Assembly: GCA_951406725.2 (NCBI GenBank)
Contig: OX597823.1
Coordinates: forward strand, 16,802,001 to 16,866,000
Source: Octopus vulgaris
Lineage: Eukaryota
Length of the DNA stretch: 64,000 nucleotides
Reading direction: 5' to 3'
The notes under the pieces were generated by a model. The model saw only the letters and a list, made by a program, of their open reading frames with translations, did no database searches and had not been told where the DNA came from. Shown here in pieces: positions 13,662 to 25,787 of the stretch. The position numbers were made by a program, and so were the translations under genes. Position 1 is the stretch's first letter; the number at the start of each line of letters is the position of its first letter.

Positions 13662-13780
13662 CAGTTATTGGTAATTGGTCGTGTGAGAAGAACATGAAAA
13701 TAAATTTGATATTTAACATATTGACAATACAGAGAACTTGCACACCAATGCAGGAGTACAACGTATAAGAAAATGATCAT
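13662..13780 (-). CDS. Gene B putative start/signal-peptide exon (MIIFLYVVLLHWCASSLYCQYVKYQIYF...)
   Basis: Acceptor tttttgttctttttag| at 13817, aaaATG at 13780, hydrophobic N-terminus. Donor TG|GTTAAT is uncertain. Confidence 0.5.
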
Positions 13781-14067
13781 TTTAGTATTAACACAGAAAA
13801 TGAAGATAAATATAGGTCTAAAAAGAACAAAAATCATCCAAAGATTATGAAACTTTAGACATCACTTTTCAAAGACAAAATATTTTTGACTTGACAAAAT
13901 AATGAAATCTATAAAGATTACAGACGATTGAAATAATCGTAGCATATAGTTGCTACCTATTTTACTGACCCCGGGTCTACCAACTAGTTTTTACCTCAGA
14001 ATGGAGTGAACAAAGCTAAATTCTATAGAAAATAAAGTTCAACGTTATCATCATTATTATTAATATT

Positions 14068-14285
14068 CATCTCAATCGAAGGAGAGGGGCTTTCTCCGTC
14101 CGGGTTGCGGATCCGTGGAACAAGCTGCCAGACGAGATGGTGAAGATGCCGACGACCGCTTTGTTCAAAGTCTCCATTGACCTCAAGTGGCCTGAACTCT
14201 TTACATGAACACCACCCTGTACATAACTCCATGTCCCCCTACATGGCCTTGCTTTTTGCTTTTTGAGCCAAAAATTAACTAACTA
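14068..14285 (+). mobile_element. Short CR1-type LINE 3' end
   Basis: + frame reads RRRGAFSVRVADPWNKLPDEMVKMPTTALFK...*, then a short UTR and (TAAC)n-like tail. Confidence 0.75.
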
Positions 14286-17200
14286 TTATTCGTCAATGAC
14301 TGCTTGTCTTGATATTTGTCACCTGGGTACAAAGGCATTTGTCAAACTACAAAATTATAGCATAATGAATTAACCCAGAGATATTCCGACATACGTATTT
14401 AATATTTTCTGGGAGAGTGAAGCTAGGAGTCGACTCAAAGCAGAGTTTGACTTCAGAGTATAGAGGGACATAACTGACGTTCATAAAACATGCAATTAGT
14501 AAACTCGACTAAGGTCGAGCACAGAACCATTTCTTCACCACACCACATGGCTTTTTTCCATCAATTACTAAATATGATGCGATTCAGTTTCGTGGATCCC
14601 TGATCATGATCAGTCAAGTTGTTGACAAACAGCAGGTACTTTTATTTACATGTTAAATAGAAAATATTACACACAGCTAAGAAGAACAAACGATTAGCCA
14701 TTTTTTGAAGTGTCTTTCGTAAAATCTATTTCTCGTTCTAAATACGTAATCAAAATATTCACAATCGCTGAGTTAAACATGAAAAATCGAAAGTATTATG
14801 TTGCTGAATTAGTTTCATTTTAAATTTTCACTTCCTCAAAATTATGATTGACTAATTTTCTTAAGATTTTCTATCGAAATAAGTGTTTTTACAATGTAAA
14901 AGATCACAGACAATCAATGAAATTGCAAATTATATCTAAATGACCTTTTAAACTCCTAGGGGATTTTTAGTTGAGCTCCAGGTCAGCCTAGCAATCAACA
15001 TCCAGATATAATTATACCATCTTTTGAGAGTGTAGCTAAGATTACATTACTTTTTTAAGACTACAACTAAGATATACACACACACATATATACACACCCC
15101 ATGTTTTATTATTAACGAAATTATAAATGCAGAAAGAAAAACTACAGTATTTCAGGTCGAATAGTCCAGAATGGATTGTGAAAGCGGATGTAAATATTTT
15201 GATATTTTATAATTTGTGAAATGAGAAGTACTAATTATCGTAGTATGTGTAATCAAAAAATTGACCTGGTTTAATTAATTTACTAAAGCAAAATTAAATG
15301 ACCGAGCATATTTCAAGTGTTTTACAGTGAATATAATGTTAACACGTGGGCAGTTACTGCTGCCAAGATAAAACATTGTTACATAGTATGTGTGTGTGTG
15401 GAGTGTAATATGACAGAGCAAAAAGCTGGCGAGGTCGGTCAGCTGGGTTCAACAGTTCGTTTCCAGTAAGTATCCGTAGTCAAATCTAAACTTTTGACTA
15501 TGTACCCTGCAAACATAAAATGATAGTCCACCTAGTTGTAAACACGAGCAGTTTCTCGACAGCTACAGTACTGAATGAGAGAGAGACTAATATACACAAA
15601 TGAAAACCTTTTTCTGAATAAAAGACACTGGTCACAGCTAGAACAGTTTGCCCATCCAACTCTGATATAGTGTTAGAAAACGACCTACGCAAAAGCTTCT
15701 TATGAAATCGGGAATGCTTTCTGTACATTGCAACAAATTAGTCATATGATCAACAGTATCATGTTTACATTCACTTTTCCAATGTTATGGGATAGACGGG
15801 ATATTTCGAAGCAACGGGTTGGTGTCAGAAAGATACCAACCCGTTGCCTTTTGCGACACGGGGTTTTGGTCTGTCTTAACGAAGGGAAGCACCCACGACT
15901 CTGTGGCAGAAAGTGATCAAGTTATCCTTAGATCTGAGCCTTTTGACCAGCATGTTCACAACAAAATAGACTCCGTTAAAAGAACAAAAGAAAAAAAAAA
16001 GAAGCCAAATGGTGGTCTTAAACTAGGCGATGGATTAAGCATACGCTCAAAGAACAGAAACGATCGCTCCTGGCAGATTTTGTATCAGTTTCTGTATATT
16101 CTTTTCTACTTTAGGTACTGAAATTTTTAGGGAGAGGGCTAGTAGATTAGATCGATCCCAGTACGCAACTGGTACTTATTTATCGACCCCGAAAGGATGA
16201 AAGGCGGAATTTGAACTCACAACGTAACGACAGACGAAATACCGCTAATCATTTCGCCCGCCCTCAGTTTCTGTATATTAAAAAAAAAGTTCTAATTGCC
16301 CAATGTGGTATCGAACCAGAACCACGTAATTAGTAAGCATAGCTACAATCGCATATCTGCAATTGAATTAGAAAATGACTACAATGAATATTAAGTTTAC
16401 GCCTTTGGTTTTCTAAGAGCGCAAGTAGCATAAGAGAAATGAAATGGCTCCCAACCGAGAATCGAAACCACATTCCTTGGAATATTACCTCCTGTTCTAG
16501 TCCTCACCACAAAACAGAATTCCCGAAAAAGGCCGAGTCTCCCACGCGGTTTTCAATATCCTCTTCAAATAGTTTATATCACTATTATTAACCAGACCTT
16601 TATCACAGCTTAATGGTAGAACAAAACCTAGAATTACATTAAAATTTGGTCTGTATTACTCACAAAGCCTTACATCCTGTTAGTGATTACATATTGACAG
16701 TTTTATAAACTATATATTCGCTAGAAAATAGATTAGCAGAAAGACAAGAGGACGCCTAGCAGAATTACCTTGTACAATGGCTAATGAGTATTTTCATAGA
16801 GCCATGTACCATGAAACCGTTCCCCAGTTGTTTCAATAGAACTGTAAGACTAGAATGATTCTGCGGAAGGATCGCAAATTGCGTTGGTTTCAAAAGCCAT
16901 AGTTGAAAAATGTAGTTGGTAAATACCATTGAATAGACAAATCTTTGTTCTGCCGTTCTATCGGCAGAGCCCCACCACCACCAAAGAATGGCACAATTAA
17001 GGGACATGGCGTGCAAAAATTAAAAAAAATCCACCTAGTGCTATCCCAAAATAGACAATACCCCTTACTCCAAGGACACGAGCCTATTCTATCTGTAGTT
17101 TTGCTATCAGGACAAAACAAACTGACTGGCTTCAGAAGAAGCGGCAGAACAATTGATTAAAACAAATGCCCGCTTCATTATTCAATTTCACTAATGACGC

Positions 17201-19670
17201 TTGAGAAAAACATTAAAGTCACAACCTCTAAAATCTCCAAACCAAAAAAAAATCGTGAAGTACCTGCAGACACTTCACTGAGGTTGTGATATTCATGGAG
17301 AGAGCATAAAAGCCACCACATCTCACTTTCTTCTTCGTCTGTGTTAAAGTTTTGAATGGGATATACTAAAACATTTATAACATTGCTTAAGCAAATTCAT
17401 AGCGAGCCAGGAGCCTATTTCGCTTCCCGCTTTCGCAAAGGCACTGATCTTAAATTTTCTTAATACGCTGCTTTTTGTTTGTTATTAACAGTTACTGGAG
17501 TAACAGTGAAAATTATCATTACTGAAATCACCATTATTTCTAAAAATATACTTCTACTTACAATACAAAGCCAATTTAATTTATCTAAGTGATGGATATA
17601 GGCGATTGAATGTATACTAGTTTACTGGCATCTACGAGCCAACAGGTCTTCTAAGTGGTCGCTTAAATTCCTCGAAATAGCAGCAAGATTTTCTCAAACA
17701 TTATCCTACTGTTTTAAAACAGAAAGAACACGTTGAATGTATCTTTTTGACACCCGTAAAAAGATGGAATAGTCACAACTGGAAGCATTTAATAATGGGA
17801 CGGCTCAACTAGAGGTGACAAGAGGATGAACAATTAGTTCAAACATTATTTTGATTTTTTGTATCGACCCGCCAGAGAATTGCATAAAACGTAGAGGCGA
17901 AATGAAATATTACATAGGTTATCGTCCTGCAATTAGATTTTTACTTAATTACTAAATAACTATGATTACATTATGATATGATTGCTCAAAGACTAAACGT
18001 AAAACATGAGAGCGCCAGATCGGTACTTTGACACAATATAAGATAGAAAAAAAAGATAAAGTTTTTTATATTTAAATGTTATAAAATTTAAAATGTGACT
18101 GTAGAAATAAACATCTTTTCATAATTAATAAATACATTGCATAAAAAATTATGTGAAAGATAACGTGTTGCCTGAAATATATATGTCGAGTACCGTATAT
18201 TAATAATACAGCAAAGATTTAATAACGATATAATTGGCTCCAACTTCGAAATTTTGGCGATGAAAAAGTTATGGTCAAGAACAGACAAAACAAATGATAG
18301 AATATAATCAATAAAAGAAAAAAAACCCATCGGCAACCACAATTTTAAAATATCTTTACATAAAAGATTTTATCTTCCATGAAAAATACTTAGAATTTCC
18401 TAGAAATTTAATAAATCAAAAACCTTGTATTCATTCATTACACATTGTAACGTTATTGACTGAGCACTTGAAGTTTACCGGCATTAAATTGTGCGTATAT
18501 ATATAACTAGTATTTAACAGATTTTGAAATAAATTCTAAAGTAGGTAAAATTCTTTTATATTTAAGAAAAAGTTGTTAGAACAAGGAGGCACAATCTTCC
18601 GTTAGACTAAGAAGGAAAAAAAAAAACGAAAACAGCAACAACTGAGAAGGAAGTAGTTATTGTGCAACTTTAAATGAAAAAGTCTGACATTAAGTTATCG
18701 ATTTTCCCAAAATGGACAAGGCTAAGTTTGATCGATTTCCACATTAGTAGCTCATTAGCAGGAACTTGTTACAGGAACAGTAAAAGACATGAAAGGCGGA
18801 AAGAACCCCCATGACATTAAGATGAACAAAGCGTGATTAGTAAGTATATCTTGAAAGAAGCGCCATAATATAGTGTTTTTTCTATTTTATACAGAGTTCG
18901 GATTAAGTCGATAAAATCGACCTATTTATATTAAGGGATATCGAAGACACAAAAGATTAAACTGACCTCAGCGAGATTAGAACACAGAATGCCGAATGGT
19001 AAAACCAAATACCAGAATTCGTTTCAAGACATCCTTTTTGCTTCAACTAACTCCATCGCCATAAACATACACACACATCATATATATATATATAAAATGA
19101 GCGCGGGAGAGACTATAAATTCAGTTCAGTATTTAGTTTCATCCTTTACAATTCATAGTTACTGACGAAGGTCGACTAAGGTTGATAAAATCTGTGATAA
19201 ATCATTATTTGGCATTGTTGAGTCACCGAAGACTTAAGTGCTTGAGTTCATTCGTGTCAATAAACACCTAATCTTTCTCCACATGTTCTCATTAAACTTA
19301 TAACTTTGTTTATTTAATATTGATTTTTTTATTATTATTTGAGGCCGAAATATGAAGAAATTGCGAGTGAAAAGTTTCAACTGTCACAACCAAACAGATA
19401 AAGTAAGGACCTATAAATATGTACCGGCTATGTAATTATGCCATACACTTTGACTAAACAATCTTCCATAAGGTATCTAATGAAGAAAAGCAAAATATCT
19501 TAAGTAATCAATACTGGTTATAAAGAGATAGACACCTGTTGTTTATATAACTTTATAACAAGAAATATTCCACAGTAAATTAAATATATATTAAACACAA
19601 AATCAAAAAAGGACGAAAAAAATCATATTTAGAAAATAGATTAGGTTATAAAAATAATTATATTACTTAC

Positions 19671-19850
19671 CATACAAAACAAGGTAAGTTAACAAGACAT
19701 AACACAACAACGTTGGTAAGATCACGGAATAAATAAAACTGCTAAAAATATACCAAAAAAGAAACACTTATACCACTACTACTAATACTATTATTAATAG
19801 AACTACTATTACTACCGGTGCAAAGACTATTTCCCGCTAAACAAACGAAG
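19671..19850 (-). other. Putative non-coding first exon of gene B (5' end approximate)
   Basis: Ends in gttttgtATG|gtaagt directly downstream of the promoter motifs. Confidence 0.45.
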
Positions 19851-19854
19851 AGAG

Positions 19855-20060
19855 CGAAAATTCACGTGGTATGGAGCTTTCGGCCAAACATCGTTGTTAG
19901 GTTTCGACCATTCAGAAAGCTCGTTACAAAGATCATTAGGAAGTTACTACATTGAATTTTCAGTGTAGTAAACGAAGAGGCGACCAATCAGAAAGCTTCG
20001 TTCACTGCCTGCCTTCGAATTTGTTGATGGTAGCGGGTCTTTTATACCGGTTAGCAACAT
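19855..20060 (-). promoter_or_regulatory. Putative promoter of gene B
   Basis: E-box CACGTG at 19863, GACCAATCAG CCAAT box at ~19982 with a variant at ~19906, an inverted ACTACA palindrome at 19945-19971, and GTTAGCAAC at 20050. It borders a repeat-poor, CpG-retaining region, with a strong minus-strand donor ATG|GTAAGT at 19671. Confidence 0.55.
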
Positions 20061-21104
20061 TGGGGTAATTAAATTAATGAGCATGATGAGTACTTTTGTT
20101 TTCCACGAAGGCAACTTAATTACAAAACCTTTCATTAGATTAGCGAAGACTCAAACATTTGAAGGTGTGTATTAGAATTAAATAGATAATACGGAATGTA
20201 CCCATGTATGTAACACGTGTGTATATTCCTCTTAATATTGTATATATATATATATATATATACGTGTGTATGTATGTATACACTCATGGCAAGGTTTGAT
20301 AGATTAAACAATAAGAAAAACTCAGTGCATGCCTAGTATATAGATTAGATGTGCATTTAATTATATTCATTTATTGTACAATTTTCTCATTTTAATATTC
20401 TATACACCAAGGGCGGCGAGCTGGCAGAAACGTTAGCACGCCGGGCGAAATGCTTAGCAATATTTCGTCTGCCGCTACGTTCTGAGTTCAAATTCCGCCG
20501 AGGTCAACTTTGCCTTTCATCCTTTCGGAGTCGATAAATTAAGTACCAGTTACGCACTGGGGCCAATGTAATCGACTTAATCCGTTTGTCTGTCCTTGTT
20601 TGTCCCCTCTGTGTTTAGCCCCTTGTGGGTAGTAAAGAAATATATATTCATTTATTGTACAATTTTCTCATTTTAATATTCTATACACCAAGGGCGGCGA
20701 GCTGGCAGAAACGTCAGCACGCCGGGCGAAGTGCTTAGTATTTCGTCTGCCGTTATGTTCTGAGTTCAAATTCCACCGACGTCGACTTCGCCTTTTAACC
20801 TTTCGGAGTAGATTAAATACTCTCTCAAAGATTTTTGTTACCAGCGTTGCCTTACTGGCACTTGTGCTGGTGGCATGTGAAAAAATATTCGTACGAGGTC
20901 GTTGCCAGTACTGCTAAACTGGCCCTTGTGCCAGCGGGACGTGAAAGCACCCACTACACTCTCAGAGTGGTTGGCATTAGGAAGGGCATCCAGCTGTAGA
21001 AACTCTGCCAGATCAAGATTGGAGCCATCTGGTTCTCCAGTCCTCGGTCAAATCGTCCAACCCATGCTAGCATGGAAAGCGGACGTTAAACGATGATGAT
21101 GATG

Positions 21105-22078
21105 AATGTACAAGAGATTACAGTCATTTCTCAGTCTCAAAATACTATCAAATCTCCAATTTGGCTTTAGAGAAAACTTAATTACTGCTGATGCAATCCT
21201 TGAATTTCTAGATCATGCCAACAGTTCGCTAAACATCTCTAAATACTTCCTTGCACTTTACTTAGATATCAGTAAAGCATTCGATTCTGTACATTCAGAT
21301 ATATTGTTGGTTTAGATCTTACCTCTCACAGCGTAAACAGTATGTTTCTGTTCAAACATCAAAATCACCATTATCTACTATAAATCTAGGAGTCCCCCAG
21401 GGGTCCGTACTGGGCCCATTACTAATTTATGAAATTTTCTACACTTTGCTGATGACTCTACTATTTTTATTAGTCACCAGGACCTTCCCTCCCTATTCAA
21501 TACAATTAATTCAGAACTGGACAGGGTTTATCAATGGCTTATCACTAACTGGCTTACCCTTAATATAAAAAAATGACCTGTTCCATGCTTTTCTCCACAA
21601 AGCCCAAACAGCTTCTGACTAATGTCCTCACCACAGGTAAAGCAATTTCACATGTAACATCAACAAAATTTCTCAGCATTCATATTGATGAGTCACTCAG
21701 TTTGAAAACACATATAAGCAATTTATTAAAACAAAATACCCGTACTCTTGGTATGTTAAATAGAATTTCTTACCTCCTTCCTGAAAATGTTAGAATTATT
21801 CTTTACTGTTCTTTAAAATACTCAAAATTCTGTTACTGTGTTGCTGCCAGACTTAAAGAGATTTACTTTTTATATACATTTATGACCGCCTTGCTTGCAT
21901 GCAAAGGATATGTATTTTTTTTTTTATACAATTATTGACCTTTTTTATTTTTTACCAAAGTGCTTAATCCGATTTTTTACGCAATTTCTGAAAAAAATTT
22001 GTTGTAATCTTTACTTATTGTAATCGATAAAAAAAATATTCAATGTAAATTAAATTAATAAATTTAATGAGAATAAAT
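21105..22078 (+). mobile_element. Decayed CR1/L2-group LINE RT fragment
   Basis: [35 protein letters not shown]. Confidence 0.85.
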
Positions 22079-22310
22079 TTAATAATATATTTCTGTGGTT
22101 TGCCGTGGAGGGACTGATTTGCTACTGGGTTCTGAGGTGTCATCCACCCTGTCATCTTGCATGGGAATAGAGTCCTTACTTTGAGGAGTTGATGTGTAAC
22201 TATGATTTCTTTTTCTAGCGTCTTGAGGTGTTGATGTGTGACTTTGGCTTTCTTTAGAGTCTCGAGGTGTTGTGTTACTAAAGCTTAAGTTGTTTCTCAG
22301 CATCCGGTAC
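22079..22310 (-). CDS. Gene A last coding exon: cytoplasmic tail (RYRMLRNNL...QTTEIYY*)
   Basis: ttgtctgttgtag| acceptor, phase-2 entry matches the TM exon, TAA at 22081-22079. ATTAAA/AATAAA downstream on the minus strand. Confidence 0.85.
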
Positions 22311-22394
22311 CTACAACAGACAATATATATATAATAGAAATATTAAAATTACTAAGTCTCTATAAAAGAGATTATGGCAGCGTTTACTGGAAAT

Positions 22395-22652
22395 TAATTG
22401 TTATCGCCATATTAATATGGCATTCTTATAGATATAAGAATAATCGCTGCCATGGTCAGCTCCATGAGGCCACCGCCATCAAGATAGCTATTGATACACG
22501 ATCTGTATCCATTATAACCTTCGAACAAGGGATAATGGATACAGATCGTGTATCAATAGCTATCTTGATGGCGGTGGCCTCATGGAGCTGACCATGGCAG
22601 CGATTATTCTTATATCTATAAGAATGCCATATTAATATGGCGATAACAATTA
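22395..22652. repeat. Perfect inverted repeat: 121-bp arms, 16-nt spacer
   Basis: 22395-22515 is the reverse complement of 22532-22652. Confidence 0.95.
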
Positions 22653-22719
22653 TATATATATATATATATGATGATGGGTGAGGGTAAGTGTGTATGTGTG
22701 TGTGTGTACAAAATTCTTA

Positions 22720-23175
22720 GGTGTAGTAGATAACATCTGTTACCTTGGTAACTAAGTTAGCAATGAAGGAGGATGTTCTGAAAGCCTACTTGCTAGAATA
22801 AGAATAGGCTGGGCAAAGTTTGGGTAAGTACTACCTTTGTTCGTCACAAGGGGCCTCCCCGTCACTGTGAAAGGCAGAATGTATGATGCCTGTGTAAGAA
22901 GAACTATGCCTCATGGCAGTGAAGCATGGGTTGTGGCTACAAAGGAGATACGGATGCCTGAAAGGAATGAAACCAGCATGCTCCACTGGATGGGTAATGT
23001 CAGTGTGCATGTATAACCGAGTGTAAGTGATTTGAGAGGAATATTTGGATATGAGCGGCAACAGATGTTGTGTGCAAGAGAGGAGACTGCACTGGTATGA
23101 TCATGTGATGTGTATGGACAAGGACAGATGCATAAAGGAGTACTGATCTGAAACTGGTGGGAAGCTGAAGAAGGG
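22720..23175 (+). mobile_element. Decayed RTE C-terminal fragment
   Basis: ARIRIGWAKF and HGSEAW remnants, same family as the 28 kb copy. Confidence 0.75.
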
Positions 23176-24049
23176 ATACACATACATACATATATTACAT
23201 ACACATTACATACATGCATAGATTACATACATACATACATACAAGCATAGTTGCAATAAGCTTCTCATTTAACATGGAGCTGGCCAGTTGAGGACCTGTC
23301 CAGAATCCAATTACCTGTTGTTGCATGGTTTCTACAGCTAGATGTCGTTCCTAATGCCAACCCCTTAACAGAGTGTACTGGATGCTTTTTACATGCCAAC
23401 TGCACAGGTATGACTACACAGCACTGGCACAAGAGAATTTCGTTTGGCACTGGTCCCTGTGAAGGACAAACCTGTTTGTCTTTGCTTGATGTGTCTTCTC
23501 AAGCACGGCAAATCGCCACTCCCTTGTCATTTCCTCAGTGGGGCCCATAATCCAAAGATCCTTTCTCCCCCATTTCGTCCCACGCATTCCTTGGTCTACC
23601 TCTTCCACAGATTTCCTCTACAATTAGAGCTCAGCACTTCTTTATGCAGCTGTCCTCATCCATATATGCATCGCATGCATTAATGAAATGAACAAAGGAA
23701 AGAAGATATTGAAATACTAATGGGGTTTACCTGTTAATTTTTACACATGTGTGTCATATATATTTATACATAATCAAATGAATAATAACATATGGAGAAT
23801 TGTTAGCTTATTACAGGTATTTCTCACGTAACTTTTTAACAGAAGAATGAGAACATTCCATTATTATAAAAGACCGTGATCATTAGAAGAGAAGTAATTT
23901 GACAAACAAACAAATATCCCAAGAATATAGCAGGGATGTGGCTGAAGTCTGTTGAGGCCAACTATGAAATGGTGTATGTGTGATGTATGTTTGTATGTAT
24001 TTATTGTAGTCATTTGATAAAAGAGTAGAGTGAACTTGTTGAAAGGGGT

Positions 24050-24550
24050 GGGAAACCAAACATTTCAGACACAAGGAAAAACGTTCAGTATAAACCTGTC
24101 GGTGACTAGGTTCCAGGTTCAAATATGAAACGTTGTTACTTTCTGTTTTCTTGAGAAAGTGGATCCGTGGCGTGTATCAATGCCAGATATTGATACATAC
24201 CATGGAATGCCCTGTAGTGTTGGGGTGGTGACAGGTTGTCCCAGCAAATGAAGTACATGGCTTTAAATATGCTCCCAGAAGTGATCAGCAAGGTGTCAGC
24301 CTGTTTCCCCAATGTGCCATAAAGGTGTCACACAATTTGCAGGTGATGCAATATTTAAGGTTAGAAGTTCTGTGTAATAGGATGTTGTCTCTTTGGCCCA
24401 GTGATGGTTGTAGTATTGTTAATGTAGAGACAGGAGTTGCATCGCTGGCAAACACATTAATAAGTGCCTTCTTGCCCGGCTGGCCAATATGGGGCTTCTT
24501 ACTGTAAGATTTCTGGGATCAGAGAGTAGAATACGGAAGGGTTGCAGTGG
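24050..24550 (-). mobile_element. Penelope-like GIY-YIG endonuclease remnant
   Basis: TSNLKYCITCKLC..IGETG..LADHFWEH and C-terminal FIFEPGT.SPTGL..ERFS. Confidence 0.7.
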
Positions 24551-24834
24551 TGTTTATCTGTGAAAGGGAGAAGAGACAGGTAGAAAGTGAGAGAGAGAGA
24601 GAGAGAGCGGAATATGGTTTGTGGCCATGTATAAAGATGGTAGGAGAATATCACATATATCCACACACATACACACACACACAAACACTTTGGTAATGTC
24701 CTCTTTACTATATTTTAGAGAAACACACAGACAAATACAAACACATATAAGCATACAGATTAACACACATAGACACACACACACACAGAAAGGAAATAAT
24801 ATGAAAATAAAGATAAATAATATATAAGATTTAC

Positions 24835-24898
24835 CTGATACCGACAACGATGATGATGATGATCAAGAAAAATATGAAGACTGAAAAGAGGCCAACAA
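24835..24898 (-). CDS. Gene A transmembrane exon (VVGLFSVFIFFLIIIIIVVGI)
   Basis: cttttcttctttag| acceptor, CAG|GTAAAT donor, 64 nt, phase 1 to 2. About 21 uncharged, mostly hydrophobic residues followed by RYRMLR. Confidence 0.88.
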
Positions 24899-24943
24899 CT
24901 AAAGAAGAAAAGAATAAGACATTCAGTGAAACATTATTTTATG

Positions 24944-25787
24944 TACGAGGAGGTAGAGGGGGTAGCCAAAAGAAACTGGAATTTTGCAGTATTATTTTAT
25001 TCATTTAGTTTTACATGTTTACATTTTTATGACCTTCAAAGTATTCTCCATTTCAATCAATGCATCAGTCCAGGGTCGTTTCCCACTGTTGGAAGCAGTC
25101 CTGGAACTCTTCTAAAGTGATGCCTTTTAATATCTCCATCGGTTTTTTCTTCACCTCTCCTGCATCTGCAAATTCTGTAGCACCAGCTTTCATCACCAGT
25201 GATGAACTTTAAAAAAAAAAGTCCACATCAACTTGCAACTCTTCTTTCAGTTGATGACATTCATTCAGTTGTGACTTCTTTTGATCTTCTCTGAGCAAGT
25301 GAGCCACAAATTTTACTGTAACTCTTCTCATTCCTGATTCCTCACTCAAAATTTGTTGACAGCAGCTCCAGAACAAACCAGTTATATCAAAAAGTTTGTC
25401 AATGTTTTGGTGCCTGTCCTCCAAGATCAGTTCATGAATTTTCAGGATGTTTTCATTCGTTCAAGAGGTTGACAGTCACCCTGAACAAGGTTGCTCTTCA
25501 AGTGACGAGTGACCATTCCTAAACCACTTGTAAACTTATGCTTTGCTCATGGCAGCCTCTTTGTAAGCTGTTTGAAGCATGACAACTGTTTCGGCTGCCA
25601 TTTTCCCCAGTAGAAATCGATGAATAGGAGAGAATTACTGCAAAACAGTACGACCTCACTCAATGACACCAGTTGGCAGACTGATGCCTGAGGGTCACAT
25701 CAAGTGGCTTCTATTGGCAGAAGCCTGGACTACAACTGGCTTGTCCTACAGAGAGCGTTTCCGATTTCTTTTGGGTACCTCCTCGTA
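24944..25787 (-). mobile_element. Internally deleted mariner element (second family)
   Basis: TIRs tacgaggaggta..ccaaaagaaa / tttcttttgggtacctcctcgta; remnant GMRRVTVKFVAHLLREDQK (WVPHEL-equivalent). Confidence 0.85.
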
